Shown: piece by piece, positions 10,274-18,687 of the stretch
Layout of the letters: the number at the start of each line of letters is the position of its first letter
Position numbering within the stretch: the stretch's first letter is position 1
Program-made: the position numbers and the translations under genes
The notes under the pieces: generated by a model
Told to the model about the DNA's origin: nothing
The model's database searches: none
What the model saw: the letters and a program-made list of their open reading frames with translations, nothing else
Source: Thermoplasmatota archaeon
GTDB taxonomy: Archaea; Thermoplasmatota; JAKEGO01
Assembly: GCA_028279595.1 (NCBI GenBank)
Contig: JANQNK010000001.1
Coordinates: 160,001 to 224,000, forward strand
Direction: 5' to 3'
DNA length: 64,000 bases

Positions 10274-11146
10274 TCAACTGCGCAGCGAGCCTAGAGTGGT
10301 ATTCCTCTCAGCGAAGGCGCTGTGCTTGTGGATCGACTCCTCGCTCTCGGACTGGGCGATCACACTGACCTCGTCGGGGAGGTCGGAGAACCGCTCGACG
10401 ACGGTTGCCAGGATGTCCCTGACGACGTCCTCGACGAACTTCGGGTTCATGTGCGAGTCCAATATGATCTCGGCCTCGTCCTGCCGCTTGAGTATCTCAT
10501 GGGTCGGAGCGCTGACCGAGCTCTCGAGGATATCAATGAGCTCGTCGGCCTCGATATCGCTTCCCTCCGGTATGTCCATGAACAATCTGGCCACATTTCG
10601 CTGGTTGTGTGTGAGCCAGAGCTCCGGCGGGGCGTATCCCAGCTTCTCCTCGGTGAGCTTCCTGGTCGTCTCCATCCCGCACGGGCAGGCGGTTATCCCG
10701 ATGGCCTCCACGCCGATGGTCCTTGACACCGGGCCATCGCGCTCCGCGACCGCCTTCGTCATGAGCCTGTAGTTCTCAAGGCACTTCGCCCCGGAGGGCG
10801 ATGCCCTCTCGAGGAAGTAGGTACAGTCGAACATGACCTCGGAATATGTGGCGTAGTCGTGCCTGTCCAGCAGGTCCTTCGCCATCATCCCAGCGAGCTC
10901 CTCGATGCTCCCGACCTCCTGCCTGACGCCGAGGTCGAGCACCTCGTTGATGGACTCAATGTTCCTGGACATGTGGACGCCCCGGAGCGTGGATGGAAGG
11001 TCCACGTAGGCGTCGATAGATAGGACCAGCGGAACCCTCCTGTCGGGTCTGACCACCTCTATGGGCTTCTTGACCCCCTTGACCCCGACACGGGTGAGCT
11101 TGAACTCCCCCTCGATCCGTCTGCTCTGTACGTCCGGTAGCTCCAT
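10274..11146 (-). CDS. mptA: GTP cyclohydrolase MptA (FolE2 family)
   Basis: LPDVQ, LTRVGV, RGVHMSR, TACPC, THNQR, ILKR.DE, NPKFVED, ESIHKH. Confidence 0.92.
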   Translation of the reverse strand: MELPDVQSRRIEGEFKLTRVGVKGVKKPIEVVRPDRRVPLVLSIDAYVDLPSTLRGVHMSRNIESINEVLDLGVRQEVGSIEELAGMMAKDLLDRHDYATYSEVMFDCTYFLERASPSGAKCLENYRLMTKAVAERDGPVSRTIGVEAIGITACPCGMETTRKLTEEKLGYAPPELWLTHNQRNVARLFMDIPEGSDIEADELIDILESSVSAPTHEILKRQDEAEIILDSHMNPKFVEDVVRDILATVVERFSDLPDEVSVIAQSESEESIHKHSAFAERNTTLGSLRS

Positions 11147-11193
11147 GGTAGGGTCGAGAAGGGCTTCCGTATTAAAAACTTGTTCCGCCCGGT

Positions 11194-12033
11194 TCAGCGC
11201 TCCAGCTGGAACATGGTCTCCGATCGTACGAGGCCGATCCAGAGGTAGTACAGCTGGGCCAGTCTCATCCTGAGGAGCTTTCCCTCGTGGAACTCCATCG
11301 TCTTCTTGACTCCGTCCAGCACATACCACGCCGAGTTCCGCAGAAGCAGCTCCCGCATGAACCGCCCCGTCGAGATATCCCCCCTCGACAGGAGCCATTT
11401 CAGGCCCGCCGAATGCCAGCCAGGTTTCCTGATGAAGGTCTCCCAACTCTCGTGGTGGTCGACGAAGACGGGAACGTGGAGCCATTCCAGGCCTTCGGCG
11501 ACGACGGCCTGGGTGATAAGCATGTCCTCGAAGGCGTTCACGCTCTCGATGTCCGCCTTCAGTGCGACCTCTCGAAGGACCAGCGTGTTGTCCGTGAATC
11601 CCCGGTCCCCAGCCCCCTTCCTCAGCGGACCGTCCGCGAACGCTCCTTTCATGGTAGCCCGGTGAGCGCTCCTGTAGGGCTCCCAGTCGGGAAGCTTGTC
11701 CCCGTGGATCCCGCCCGTCCTGTCATCCATGAACTTCAGTAAGCGTGAGAACCAGTCCCTGCAGAGTACGACATCGCTGTCCACGAAACCGATCCACTCG
11801 GTCCTCGCCTCGAGAAGGCCGGTCCTCCGAGCCGATCCAAGGGAGGCGGTGTCCTTCAGTATGACGCAGCCGTGCCTCTCAGCGATGTCCAGCGTCCCGT
11901 CGGTGCTCTCGTTGTCGACGATAATGATCCGGTCAGGGTTCCCGTGGGCCACGATGGAGGCCAGGCTGCTGTCCAGCGTCTTGGCGGAGTTCCAGGTCGG
12001 AACGATGTAGTCCACCTTTCCGGCGGGAGGCAT
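11194..12033 (-). CDS. Glycosyltransferase family 2
   Basis: IVPTWN, VDNESTDGT, FVDSD, and ED motif. Confidence 0.88.
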   Translation of the reverse strand: MPPAGKVDYIVPTWNSAKTLDSSLASIVAHGNPDRIIIVDNESTDGTLDIAERHGCVILKDTASLGSARRTGLLEARTEWIGFVDSDVVLCRDWFSRLLKFMDDRTGGIHGDKLPDWEPYRSAHRATMKGAFADGPLRKGAGDRGFTDNTLVLREVALKADIESVNAFEDMLITQAVVAEGLEWLHVPVFVDHHESWETFIRKPGWHSAGLKWLLSRGDISTGRFMRELLLRNSAWYVLDGVKKTMEFHEGKLLRMRLAQLYYLWIGLVRSETMFQLER

Positions 12034-12084
12034 CGGTCCGAGAGCGCCATCTGGCGTTAAAGAGTTTTCCGATGTCTGACACTA

Positions 12085-12124
12085 GCGCTCGACGGCACCC
12101 TGGGGGGCCGTCAACGCGTATCAC
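12085..12124. repeat. REP-like hairpin element, copy 1
   Basis: GCGCTC-GACGGC..GCCGTC-AACGCGTATCAC. Confidence 0.7.
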
Positions 12125-12254
12125 CAATGCCGGATGCACCGTGGAACGACATCGGATCCACCGTCGTTGCGAGCGTCTGGCCCCGATCCGAACGCCAGAC
12201 TGGCCAGGATCGGGCCATGCAAAGGATTAAAATAGGATGTCTCTATCGTCGTGC

Positions 12255-12782
12255 ATGGAGGAAGCCGCAGCTCCAGAGGACTCCAGCGGTCTCTACGAGG
12301 AGACCCGGATCTACACGATAAAGACGACCATCGGTCAGGAGAGGAACGTAGCTGACGCCATCGAGGTCAGGTCGGGGGACAACGACGAGATCGTCGCCCT
12401 GCTCTCGCCCATGGGCCTTAGGGGCTACATATTCCTGGAGGGTTTCGATCCCCGTATCATCGAGACGATGATCTACGGGATCAAGCACTGCCGCGGTATC
12501 GTCAAGAGGCGCGTCCACGATGGCGGCAAGAACGTGGAGGAATACGGCGAGACGCCGCTCCGCGAGATCGAGCCGTTCCTGACACCGAAGCCGCTCACGA
12601 CCGGTATCAACGCCGGCGATATCGTCGAGCTCGTTGCCGGGCCGTTCAAGGGCGAGCGCGGCCGCGTCAAGCAGATCGACATGGAGAAGGAGGAGATCAC
12701 CGTGGAGCTCATCGAGGCTCTTGTGCCGATCCCCGTCACCGTCCGTGGCGATCATGTAAGGGTCCTCGAGAAGGAGGTCTGA
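12255..12782 (+). CDS. spt5: Transcription elongation factor Spt5/NusG (orthologue or paralogue)
   Basis: NGN domain KTTIGQERNVA..LRGYIFLE and KOW domain GDIVELVAGPFKGERGRV..EEITVEL. TATA-like TTAAAATA at 12227-12234 implies a leaderless start at 12255. Confidence 0.9.
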   Translation: MEEAAAPEDSSGLYEETRIYTIKTTIGQERNVADAIEVRSGDNDEIVALLSPMGLRGYIFLEGFDPRIIETMIYGIKHCRGIVKRRVHDGGKNVEEYGETPLREIEPFLTPKPLTTGINAGDIVELVAGPFKGERGRVKQIDMEKEEITVELIEALVPIPVTVRGDHVRVLEKEV

Positions 12783-12810
12783 GGCACCGCTCCGCCAGGG
12801 GACTGGACCC

Positions 12811-14145
12811 ATGGTCAACGTGATACTCCTCACGGTCGATTCCCTCAGGGCCGACCATCTCGGTTGTTACGGGTATCACAGGAACACCACCCCCAACATC
12901 GACAAGCTTGCGAGCGAGGGCACGGTCTACACGAACGCCTTTGCCCAGGCCGGCAATACGGCATGCTCCTTCCTCTCGCTCATCGGTGGGATCTATCCCA
13001 TCGCCAGCGACTCCTTCACGGACTACGAGCCGTTCTATCCGGTGCATCCGGACCACTTTTCGACGATAGCCACCCCGTTCAAGGGCGCTGGATACCGGAC
13101 CCTCGGGTTCCACACTAATCCCAATCTCTCGACCCATTGCGGGTACTCCAAGGGCTTCGACCTCTTCAGCGACGGTTTCCGGCCATCAGATGACGGTTCC
13201 GGGGGCCAGGCGGACCACCGATACGGGCGCAAGAAGAAGCTCCGCGCGAGGATCGAGCGGAAGATCGCTGGCACTCCTCTATTTCCGCTGGCCACGGCGG
13301 TACGGGACATGATGCGTCCGCTGAACTCGCTCCATGTCACTGCGGACGACATGAACACAATGGCCCTGACCGAGCTGAAGAAGGGCGAGGGCGATTTCTT
13401 CCTTTGGGTCCACTACATGGACGTGCATGTTCCCTACATCCCACCCAGGAAGGATTACGTCGAGGTCACGGGAGAGAGGATCGGACAGTACCGCCTCAAC
13501 AGACTGTCCCGCAGCATGTATGACAACCTCCATCATCCTGACAGGATCAAGAGGCGCGAGGAGCTCCTCGGCCTCTACGACGCCGTCATCCTCGGCCTCG
13601 ACCGGGCCGTCGGCTCGCTCGTCAGACAGCTGAAGGAGGCTGACCTGTACGACGACACGATAATAGCGGTAACCGCGGACCACGGGGACGAGTTCTTCGA
13701 GCACGGGGGCGTGGGACACGGCCTCAGGTTCCACGACGAACTGCTCCATGTGCCCCTGGTGATCAAGGGTGTCGGTTCCGGCAAGGACGACCGGATGTTC
13801 GGACTCGTCGACCTTCCACCAACACTTGCCAAGGCCGCGGGCATCGACGCCGCCTCGGATTTCATGGGCCTACCCGACGCCGAGGGCAGGAAGATGGTCT
13901 TCTCGGGCTCCCGGCACAAGGGCGAGACCATCATCTCGATCCGGACCGCGAAGGCGAAGTTCATCTGGAACGTCACCGCGGACATGGTAGAGTTCTTCGA
14001 CCTCGAGAAGGACCCGGGTGAGAAGGTGAACATCGCGAGGAAGAGCAAGGACGCCGTCGAGACCTTCCGCGAGATGGCGAACCTCCACATGCAGCAGGTG
14101 GAGGAGGCACGCATAAGGGCCGTGGTCGATTCCGGCCTCAAGTAG
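12811..14145 (+). CDS. Sulfatase-like hydrolase/transferase
   Basis: NVILLTVDSLRADHL, TPNIDKLA, HYMDVHVPY, TADHG, GHG, LHVPL, FDLEKDPGE. The CxPxR motif is replaced by T-A-C-S-F. Confidence 0.88.
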   Translation: MVNVILLTVDSLRADHLGCYGYHRNTTPNIDKLASEGTVYTNAFAQAGNTACSFLSLIGGIYPIASDSFTDYEPFYPVHPDHFSTIATPFKGAGYRTLGFHTNPNLSTHCGYSKGFDLFSDGFRPSDDGSGGQADHRYGRKKKLRARIERKIAGTPLFPLATAVRDMMRPLNSLHVTADDMNTMALTELKKGEGDFFLWVHYMDVHVPYIPPRKDYVEVTGERIGQYRLNRLSRSMYDNLHHPDRIKRREELLGLYDAVILGLDRAVGSLVRQLKEADLYDDTIIAVTADHGDEFFEHGGVGHGLRFHDELLHVPLVIKGVGSGKDDRMFGLVDLPPTLAKAAGIDAASDFMGLPDAEGRKMVFSGSRHKGETIISIRTAKAKFIWNVTADMVEFFDLEKDPGEKVNIARKSKDAVETFREMANLHMQQVEEARIRAVVDSGLK

Positions 14146-14165
14146 TGAAAATGGCCGTTTTTCAC
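14145..14165 (+). terminator. Hairpin right after the sulfatase stop (possible terminator)
   Basis: GTGAAAA-TGGCCGT-TTTTCAC. Confidence 0.35.
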
Positions 14166-14250
14166 CCCCTCTGGGTCCCAAATCCAATCCACGGTCGAAA
14201 TTATTTTATACTAAACGAATGTAACCCCGGAACAGAGGGGGGTAACCTCG

Positions 14251-14427
14251 ATGGAAGAAAGGATGTGCAGCATCGAACTCCTGAAGAGAGATGACAGCTT
14301 CGTTGCAAGGGTAGTCTCGCAGCTCGGTGGTAAGCGGGAGTACAAGAGCAAGGGCTTCGAGAACCTCCTCGAGCAGATATTCTTCGACCTCCGAGAGGAG
14401 TTTCAGGAAGAGTTCGAGGTCATCTGA
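14251..14427 (+). CDS. Small acidic hypothetical protein (58 aa), not in the ORF track
   Basis: MEERMCSIELLKRDDSFVARVVSQLGGKREYKSKGFENLLEQIFFDLREEFQEEFEVI. SD-like GAGGGGGG and TTTTATA upstream; host-like codon use. Confidence 0.7.
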   Translation: MEERMCSIELLKRDDSFVARVVSQLGGKREYKSKGFENLLEQIFFDLREEFQEEFEVI

Positions 14428-15338
14428 TCCCGATAGTTCAGGGTGAACTCGTCAAGGTCGTCCGGTATCGAAGTATTCTCGAACACCGATCTCGCCTCCG
14501 TCAGCATGGGCTCCGGGTCCCTGTACCTTGGACTCAGATGCACAAGGAACAGGTGGCGCACGTCGGAGTCCGCTGCCAACCTTGCGGCATCGACCGCCGT
14601 CGAGTGACCGTAGCGATGGGCCTTCTCCTCGAGCTCCTCCATCATCGTGGCCTCGTGGATGAGCGCGTCGGCGTCGACCGCCGCCTTGGCCAGGGCCTCC
14701 GTCGGCCTGGTGTCTCCTGAATAGACGATCTTCAACCCGGGTCTCTTGGGACCGACGACCATATCGCTCGTGACGACCCTGCCGTCCACCTCGACGTCCT
14801 CACCCTCGTGCAATCTCTTGAACAGGGGTCCCGGGGGAACACCGAGCTCCTCCGCCCTCGGCCTGTCGAAACGTCCCGGACGTTCGTCCTCCTGCAGGAC
14901 GAAGCCGAGGGTCGGCACCGAGTGGTCCACGTTGAAGGCCCGGACCGTGTACCTGTCGAAGCGGACCTCGTCGCCGTCCTCCATCTCCTTCACCACCACC
15001 GGGAAGGTGAGGCCGAAATATCCGGTCTTCGAGAGGTTCTTCAGCGACCTGATGGTCCCGGGCGGACCGAATATCTGGAGCTCCTCCTCCCTGTCGTTGA
15101 GCCCCATCGACTGCATCATGCCCGCGAGTCCCAGGAAATGGTCGCCATGGAAGTGTGAGATGAAGACCTTGGTGATGGCCATGAAGCTGAGGTTCGAGCG
15201 CATGAGCTGTCTCTGAGTGCCCTCTCCGCAATCGAACAGCACCACCTGGCCGTCGAGCCGCAGACCTATGGATAATACGTTCCTCTCGCTAGATGGCCAG
15301 CTTCCGCCCGTACCCAGGAAGGTTATCTCGATGGGCAT
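14403..15338 (-). CDS. rnz: Ribonuclease Z
   Basis: FLGTGG, FDCGEG, SHFHGDH, GP exosite, YSGDT, HEAT, HST, HLSPRY. Confidence 0.96.
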   Translation of the reverse strand: MPIEITFLGTGGSWPSSERNVLSIGLRLDGQVVLFDCGEGTQRQLMRSNLSFMAITKVFISHFHGDHFLGLAGMMQSMGLNDREEELQIFGPPGTIRSLKNLSKTGYFGLTFPVVVKEMEDGDEVRFDRYTVRAFNVDHSVPTLGFVLQEDERPGRFDRPRAEELGVPPGPLFKRLHEGEDVEVDGRVVTSDMVVGPKRPGLKIVYSGDTRPTEALAKAAVDADALIHEATMMEELEEKAHRYGHSTAVDAARLAADSDVRHLFLVHLSPRYRDPEPMLTEARSVFENTSIPDDLDEFTLNYRDQMTSNSS

Positions 15339-15345
15339 GGTCCGA

Positions 15346-15633
15346 TTACCACTTGTACTTCTCGTACTCCTCGCCCTCCGGCGACTCGCGCCTGAGGGTC
15401 ACCCTTGGCGGGAAGTACTTCAGTATGATTATGTCTCCGACGGCCTGCACCCACCTGAACGGGATGTTCAGGTTCGCCGACTCCTCCACCAGCGTCGGGT
15501 TCGTGTTGCTCACGAAAAGTCCGTTGATCTTGTTGTTCGTGACATCGAGTACGACGTTGTTCACATCGCCTAGGTATATACCTTCCTTAGTGTACACGGG
15601 CAGTCCTATCAGATCCGTTACAAGCTCGAGCAT
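15346..15633 (-). CDS. PRC-barrel domain protein
   Basis: LIGLPVYT.EG..LG.V, IPFRWVQAVGDIII. Confidence 0.85.
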   Translation of the reverse strand: MLELVTDLIGLPVYTKEGIYLGDVNNVVLDVTNNKINGLFVSNTNPTLVEESANLNIPFRWVQAVGDIIILKYFPPRVTLRRESPEGEEYEKYKW

Positions 15634-15804
15634 CAGTATCCCTCACTGGGTCTGCCGGGGGTATCTTCCGAGGTCCATATAAACCCTTTCATTTATGCCG
15701 ATTTCTGCAGAAAAACGGCGGTTCAAATTTCCCGGACCGGTCCGAAAGTCCCGTTTTCCGCAACAGGCGTCGGTGTTTTATAGAGTCTCGTCATTCGACC
15801 ATTC

Positions 15805-16452
15805 ATGGTAATGGTCGCGCCATCGATCCTGTCCGCGGATTTCTCGCGCCTCGGGGACGAGGTCAAGGCGATCGAGAAGGGCGGCGCCGACATGGTCCAC
15901 ATAGACGTGATGGACGGACACTTCGTGCCCAACCTCACCTTCGGAGCACCCATAGTCAAGTGGATACGACCAGTGACGGACCTTCCCTTCGACTGTCATC
16001 TGATGGTCGCGAAGCCCGCGAAGTTCCTGGCCGATTTCAAGAAGGCTGGAGCTGATTACGTTACAGTGCACGTCGAGTCCGAAGGGTGGAGGGACGCCAT
16101 CGAGACCATCAGGGACATGGGGATGAAGCCGGGCGTCTCGCTCAACCCGGACACCCCGCTGGTGAGCGTGATGGACGTACTCGACAAGGTCGACCTGCTT
16201 CTGATAATGACCGTCAATCCTGGCTTTGCGGGTCAGGGGTTCATGTCCGAGGTCGTGAGCAAGGTCAGGAAGGCCAGCATCCTGAAGAGCGGTGAGGGCT
16301 ATCGTTACATCCTGAGCGTTGACGGCGGCATCAAGCCCTCGAACGTCGGAGAGGTCATCGACGCGGGGGCCGACATGGTCGTCGCAGGGTCCGCGGTCTA
16401 TGGTTCCGATGATATCAGGGGTGCGATAAGGGCGCTGAAATCCGCACGATAG
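15805..16452 (+). CDS. rpe: Ribulose-phosphate 3-epimerase
   Basis: APSILSADF, HIDVMDGHFVPN, HLM, MTVNPGF.GQ, VDGGI, VAGS. Confidence 0.96.
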   Translation: MVMVAPSILSADFSRLGDEVKAIEKGGADMVHIDVMDGHFVPNLTFGAPIVKWIRPVTDLPFDCHLMVAKPAKFLADFKKAGADYVTVHVESEGWRDAIETIRDMGMKPGVSLNPDTPLVSVMDVLDKVDLLLIMTVNPGFAGQGFMSEVVSKVRKASILKSGEGYRYILSVDGGIKPSNVGEVIDAGADMVVAGSAVYGSDDIRGAIRALKSAR

Positions 16453-16457
16453 GTGAC

Positions 16458-16835
16458 TCACTTCCTTCTCTTGATCCGGAAGGCCTCCCTCTTCTCATGG
16501 ACCTCGTTGTGTGCATCCTCTCCAAGTTTCCATGCAAGGTACTCGATCCTGTCCAGGCTCCGCAGGAACTTCGCCTTGCTCGTGGTGTCCATGAGTTCGT
16601 GGAACTCCACCCTGAAGCGAAGCATCTTCTGCCACGTCCATATGAAGTAGATCGAGGAGAGCAGCGTGAAGACGATGATGTAGAAGTTGACGCCGCCGAC
16701 CTCCTGCCATACCTCGTACAGAGGTCCGGACGATCCCAACAGGAAATCGACGAGCAGGAAGATCCATGTCGCTGCGCAGGCGAAACCGACGACCATGTAC
16801 ATCTCGATCCTCTTGCCGGAGTAATCGACAGGCAT
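16458..16835 (-). CDS. Small membrane protein (DUF3198-like)
   Basis: Two TM segments, then F.ELMDT.SKAKF....DRIEYLAWKL. Start chosen outside the upstream repeat. Confidence 0.6.
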   Translation of the reverse strand: MPVDYSGKRIEMYMVVGFACAATWIFLLVDFLLGSSGPLYEVWQEVGGVNFYIIVFTLLSSIYFIWTWQKMLRFRVEFHELMDTTSKAKFLRSLDRIEYLAWKLGEDAHNEVHEKREAFRIKRRK

Positions 16836-16880
16836 CCGACAGGAATCGACACTACGACTAATAACCTTTTCATAGAAAAT

Positions 16881-17056
16881 GTTCCACGGGAAGGGCTGAC
16901 CTTCAGCAGCATGGCACGAACGGACAGGGCGGGTCTCATCCAAGGAGATCCGTGGGAAGGGCTGACCCTTGGCAGCATGGCACGGACGGACAGTACTCGT
17001 CTCATCCTACGGGTTCCGCGGGAAGGGCTAACCTTCAGCAGAATGGCACGGACGGC
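16881..17056. repeat. 66-bp tandem repeat, about 2.7 copies, intergenic
   Basis: Units start at 16881, 16947 and 17013; core GGGAAGGGCT(G/A)ACC..GCAG(C/A)ATGGCACG(A/G)ACGG. Confidence 0.85.
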
Positions 17057-17076
17057 ATCATGATTCTCAATATCTA

Positions 17077-18687
17077 ATGAACGGCTTCGTGGCAACAGTA
17101 ATGTACCCGGCTGGACCTATCACGGACGAAATGGACGACGATGGGCTGGATGCAGTACCGGACCCTGAGGACAGGGAAGCGGAATGGAGCATCACCACTC
17201 CTGGTTCCGCCGAGATATCCGTTCCTGACATGGAAGGAACACCGGGGCCAACGGTGCGCTTAGGACAGTTCCTCCGCCTTGTGCCGACTCTTTTCCGCGA
17301 ACAGGTCCGGATGCAGATATCCTTCACCTCGAAATGGGCGTTCTCGATGTTCATCGTCCTGATATTCCTGTTCTCCCTGTCATCGGGGCTCCTCTTCGCC
17401 GACATGATCGAGAGGATCGAGCCAGCCGACCTCTACTTCATGGTCCACATGAGCATTCTCATGTTCTCGTTCATCCTCGGCCTCGCTGCCCTGTCGGAGA
17501 CGTTCTCCACACAGAACGCATTCCTGCTGGCCGATCTGGAGCGTTATCCCGTCCATCCGAGGGTCGCCAGGATGTCGGTCCTCGTCAACGAGGGGCTCTT
17601 CGCCCTGACCTTCCTCTTCCTGCCGCTGACCCTCGGCATCGCCCTGTCACTACCGGTCTCCGGAAGGAATCCCAATGCGGCAGCGGTCCACGTCTTCGGA
17701 CTTCTCCTGACATTCATGCTCGGCCTCTCTCTCAGTTATTCCGTCATGGCCCTCGTCACCGGACCCCCGAAGAGGGTCGCCGCCCTCCTGTCGCTCCTCG
17801 CTCCTGTCATCGTCGGCGCTGTGGTCTACGGGCCGATGGCCATGTTCCTCCCCGGCTACAGGATCTCGGACCTCTGGATCGAGACCCAGACCTTCAACTG
17901 GCATCTCGTCGCTCCGGCTGTCTACGCTGCCGTGGTCCTGTCGGTCCCCGGGATCCTCTACATGGGTGAGATGACCACGGTTACCAGCAGCCACCAGCAC
18001 AGGCTCCGGGAGTTAGAGGCGCGCTTCAATCTCGACCCGCCCTACAGGGACCTCGTCCCATCGGAGTATCTGCAGCTGCGCCGGTCCAGAGGGCTGCAGA
18101 AGATCGTCGGTTCCTACATCTTCCCACTGGTCATAATGTCGATAATGATGCTGTACATCCGTCTCGCCCTCGGACCCGTCATCCAGTCCGGGATATCCTT
18201 CTACGTTCCGCTGGTGGGACTGATCTCGACGACGATATACAGCTGGGAGAACCAGATAGACGAACCGTTGTACTTCTCCCTCCTTCCGGTCTCGATGGCC
18301 GATGTGATCAGGTCGAAGCTCATCCTCTTCTTCCTCCTCGCTGGCATCTTCTCGACGGCTTACACCCTGATGATGTCCGTGTTCCTGGGCTCCGGACCCG
18401 CCGAGATCGCCTTCGCCGTACCTGCCGCATTCCTGCTGTCGGCCTACGCGGGGACAGTGACCGCCTACCTCACCGGAATAAATCCCAACAGGAAACTGTT
18501 CGATCCGATGACCCTGACGCGGTTCTTCATCTTCACATCGGTACCGCTGATCGTTCTCCTGCTCGCCTCCCAGCAGGGAGCCCTTCTTCTAATTCCATCG
18601 ATCGGATTCGTCGCACTGCTAGGAGTGCTGACTTACGTACTCTGGATAAGGATAGAGAAGAAATGGCTCCACGAACCCTTCGTGTGA
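17077..18687 (+). CDS. Polytopic membrane protein (ABC-2 permease-like); start may be 17131
   Basis: About 12 hydrophobic segments in two halves; LLPVS...VIRSKL motif typical of ABC-2-type permeases. Confidence 0.6.
   Translation: MNGFVATVMYPAGPITDEMDDDGLDAVPDPEDREAEWSITTPGSAEISVPDMEGTPGPTVRLGQFLRLVPTLFREQVRMQISFTSKWAFSMFIVLIFLFSLSSGLLFADMIERIEPADLYFMVHMSILMFSFILGLAALSETFSTQNAFLLADLERYPVHPRVARMSVLVNEGLFALTFLFLPLTLGIALSLPVSGRNPNAAAVHVFGLLLTFMLGLSLSYSVMALVTGPPKRVAALLSLLAPVIVGAVVYGPMAMFLPGYRISDLWIETQTFNWHLVAPAVYAAVVLSVPGILYMGEMTTVTSSHQHRLRELEARFNLDPPYRDLVPSEYLQLRRSRGLQKIVGSYIFPLVIMSIMMLYIRLALGPVIQSGISFYVPLVGLISTTIYSWENQIDEPLYFSLLPVSMADVIRSKLILFFLLAGIFSTAYTLMMSVFLGSGPAEIAFAVPAAFLLSAYAGTVTAYLTGINPNRKLFDPMTLTRFFIFTSVPLIVLLLASQQGALLLIPSIGFVALLGVLTYVLWIRIEKKWLHEPFV

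Noticed and set aside
16881-17056. CRISPR array near the Cas4-like gene
   Set aside because: The whole 66-bp unit is conserved, with no unique spacers, and there is no cas1/cas2 in the window.
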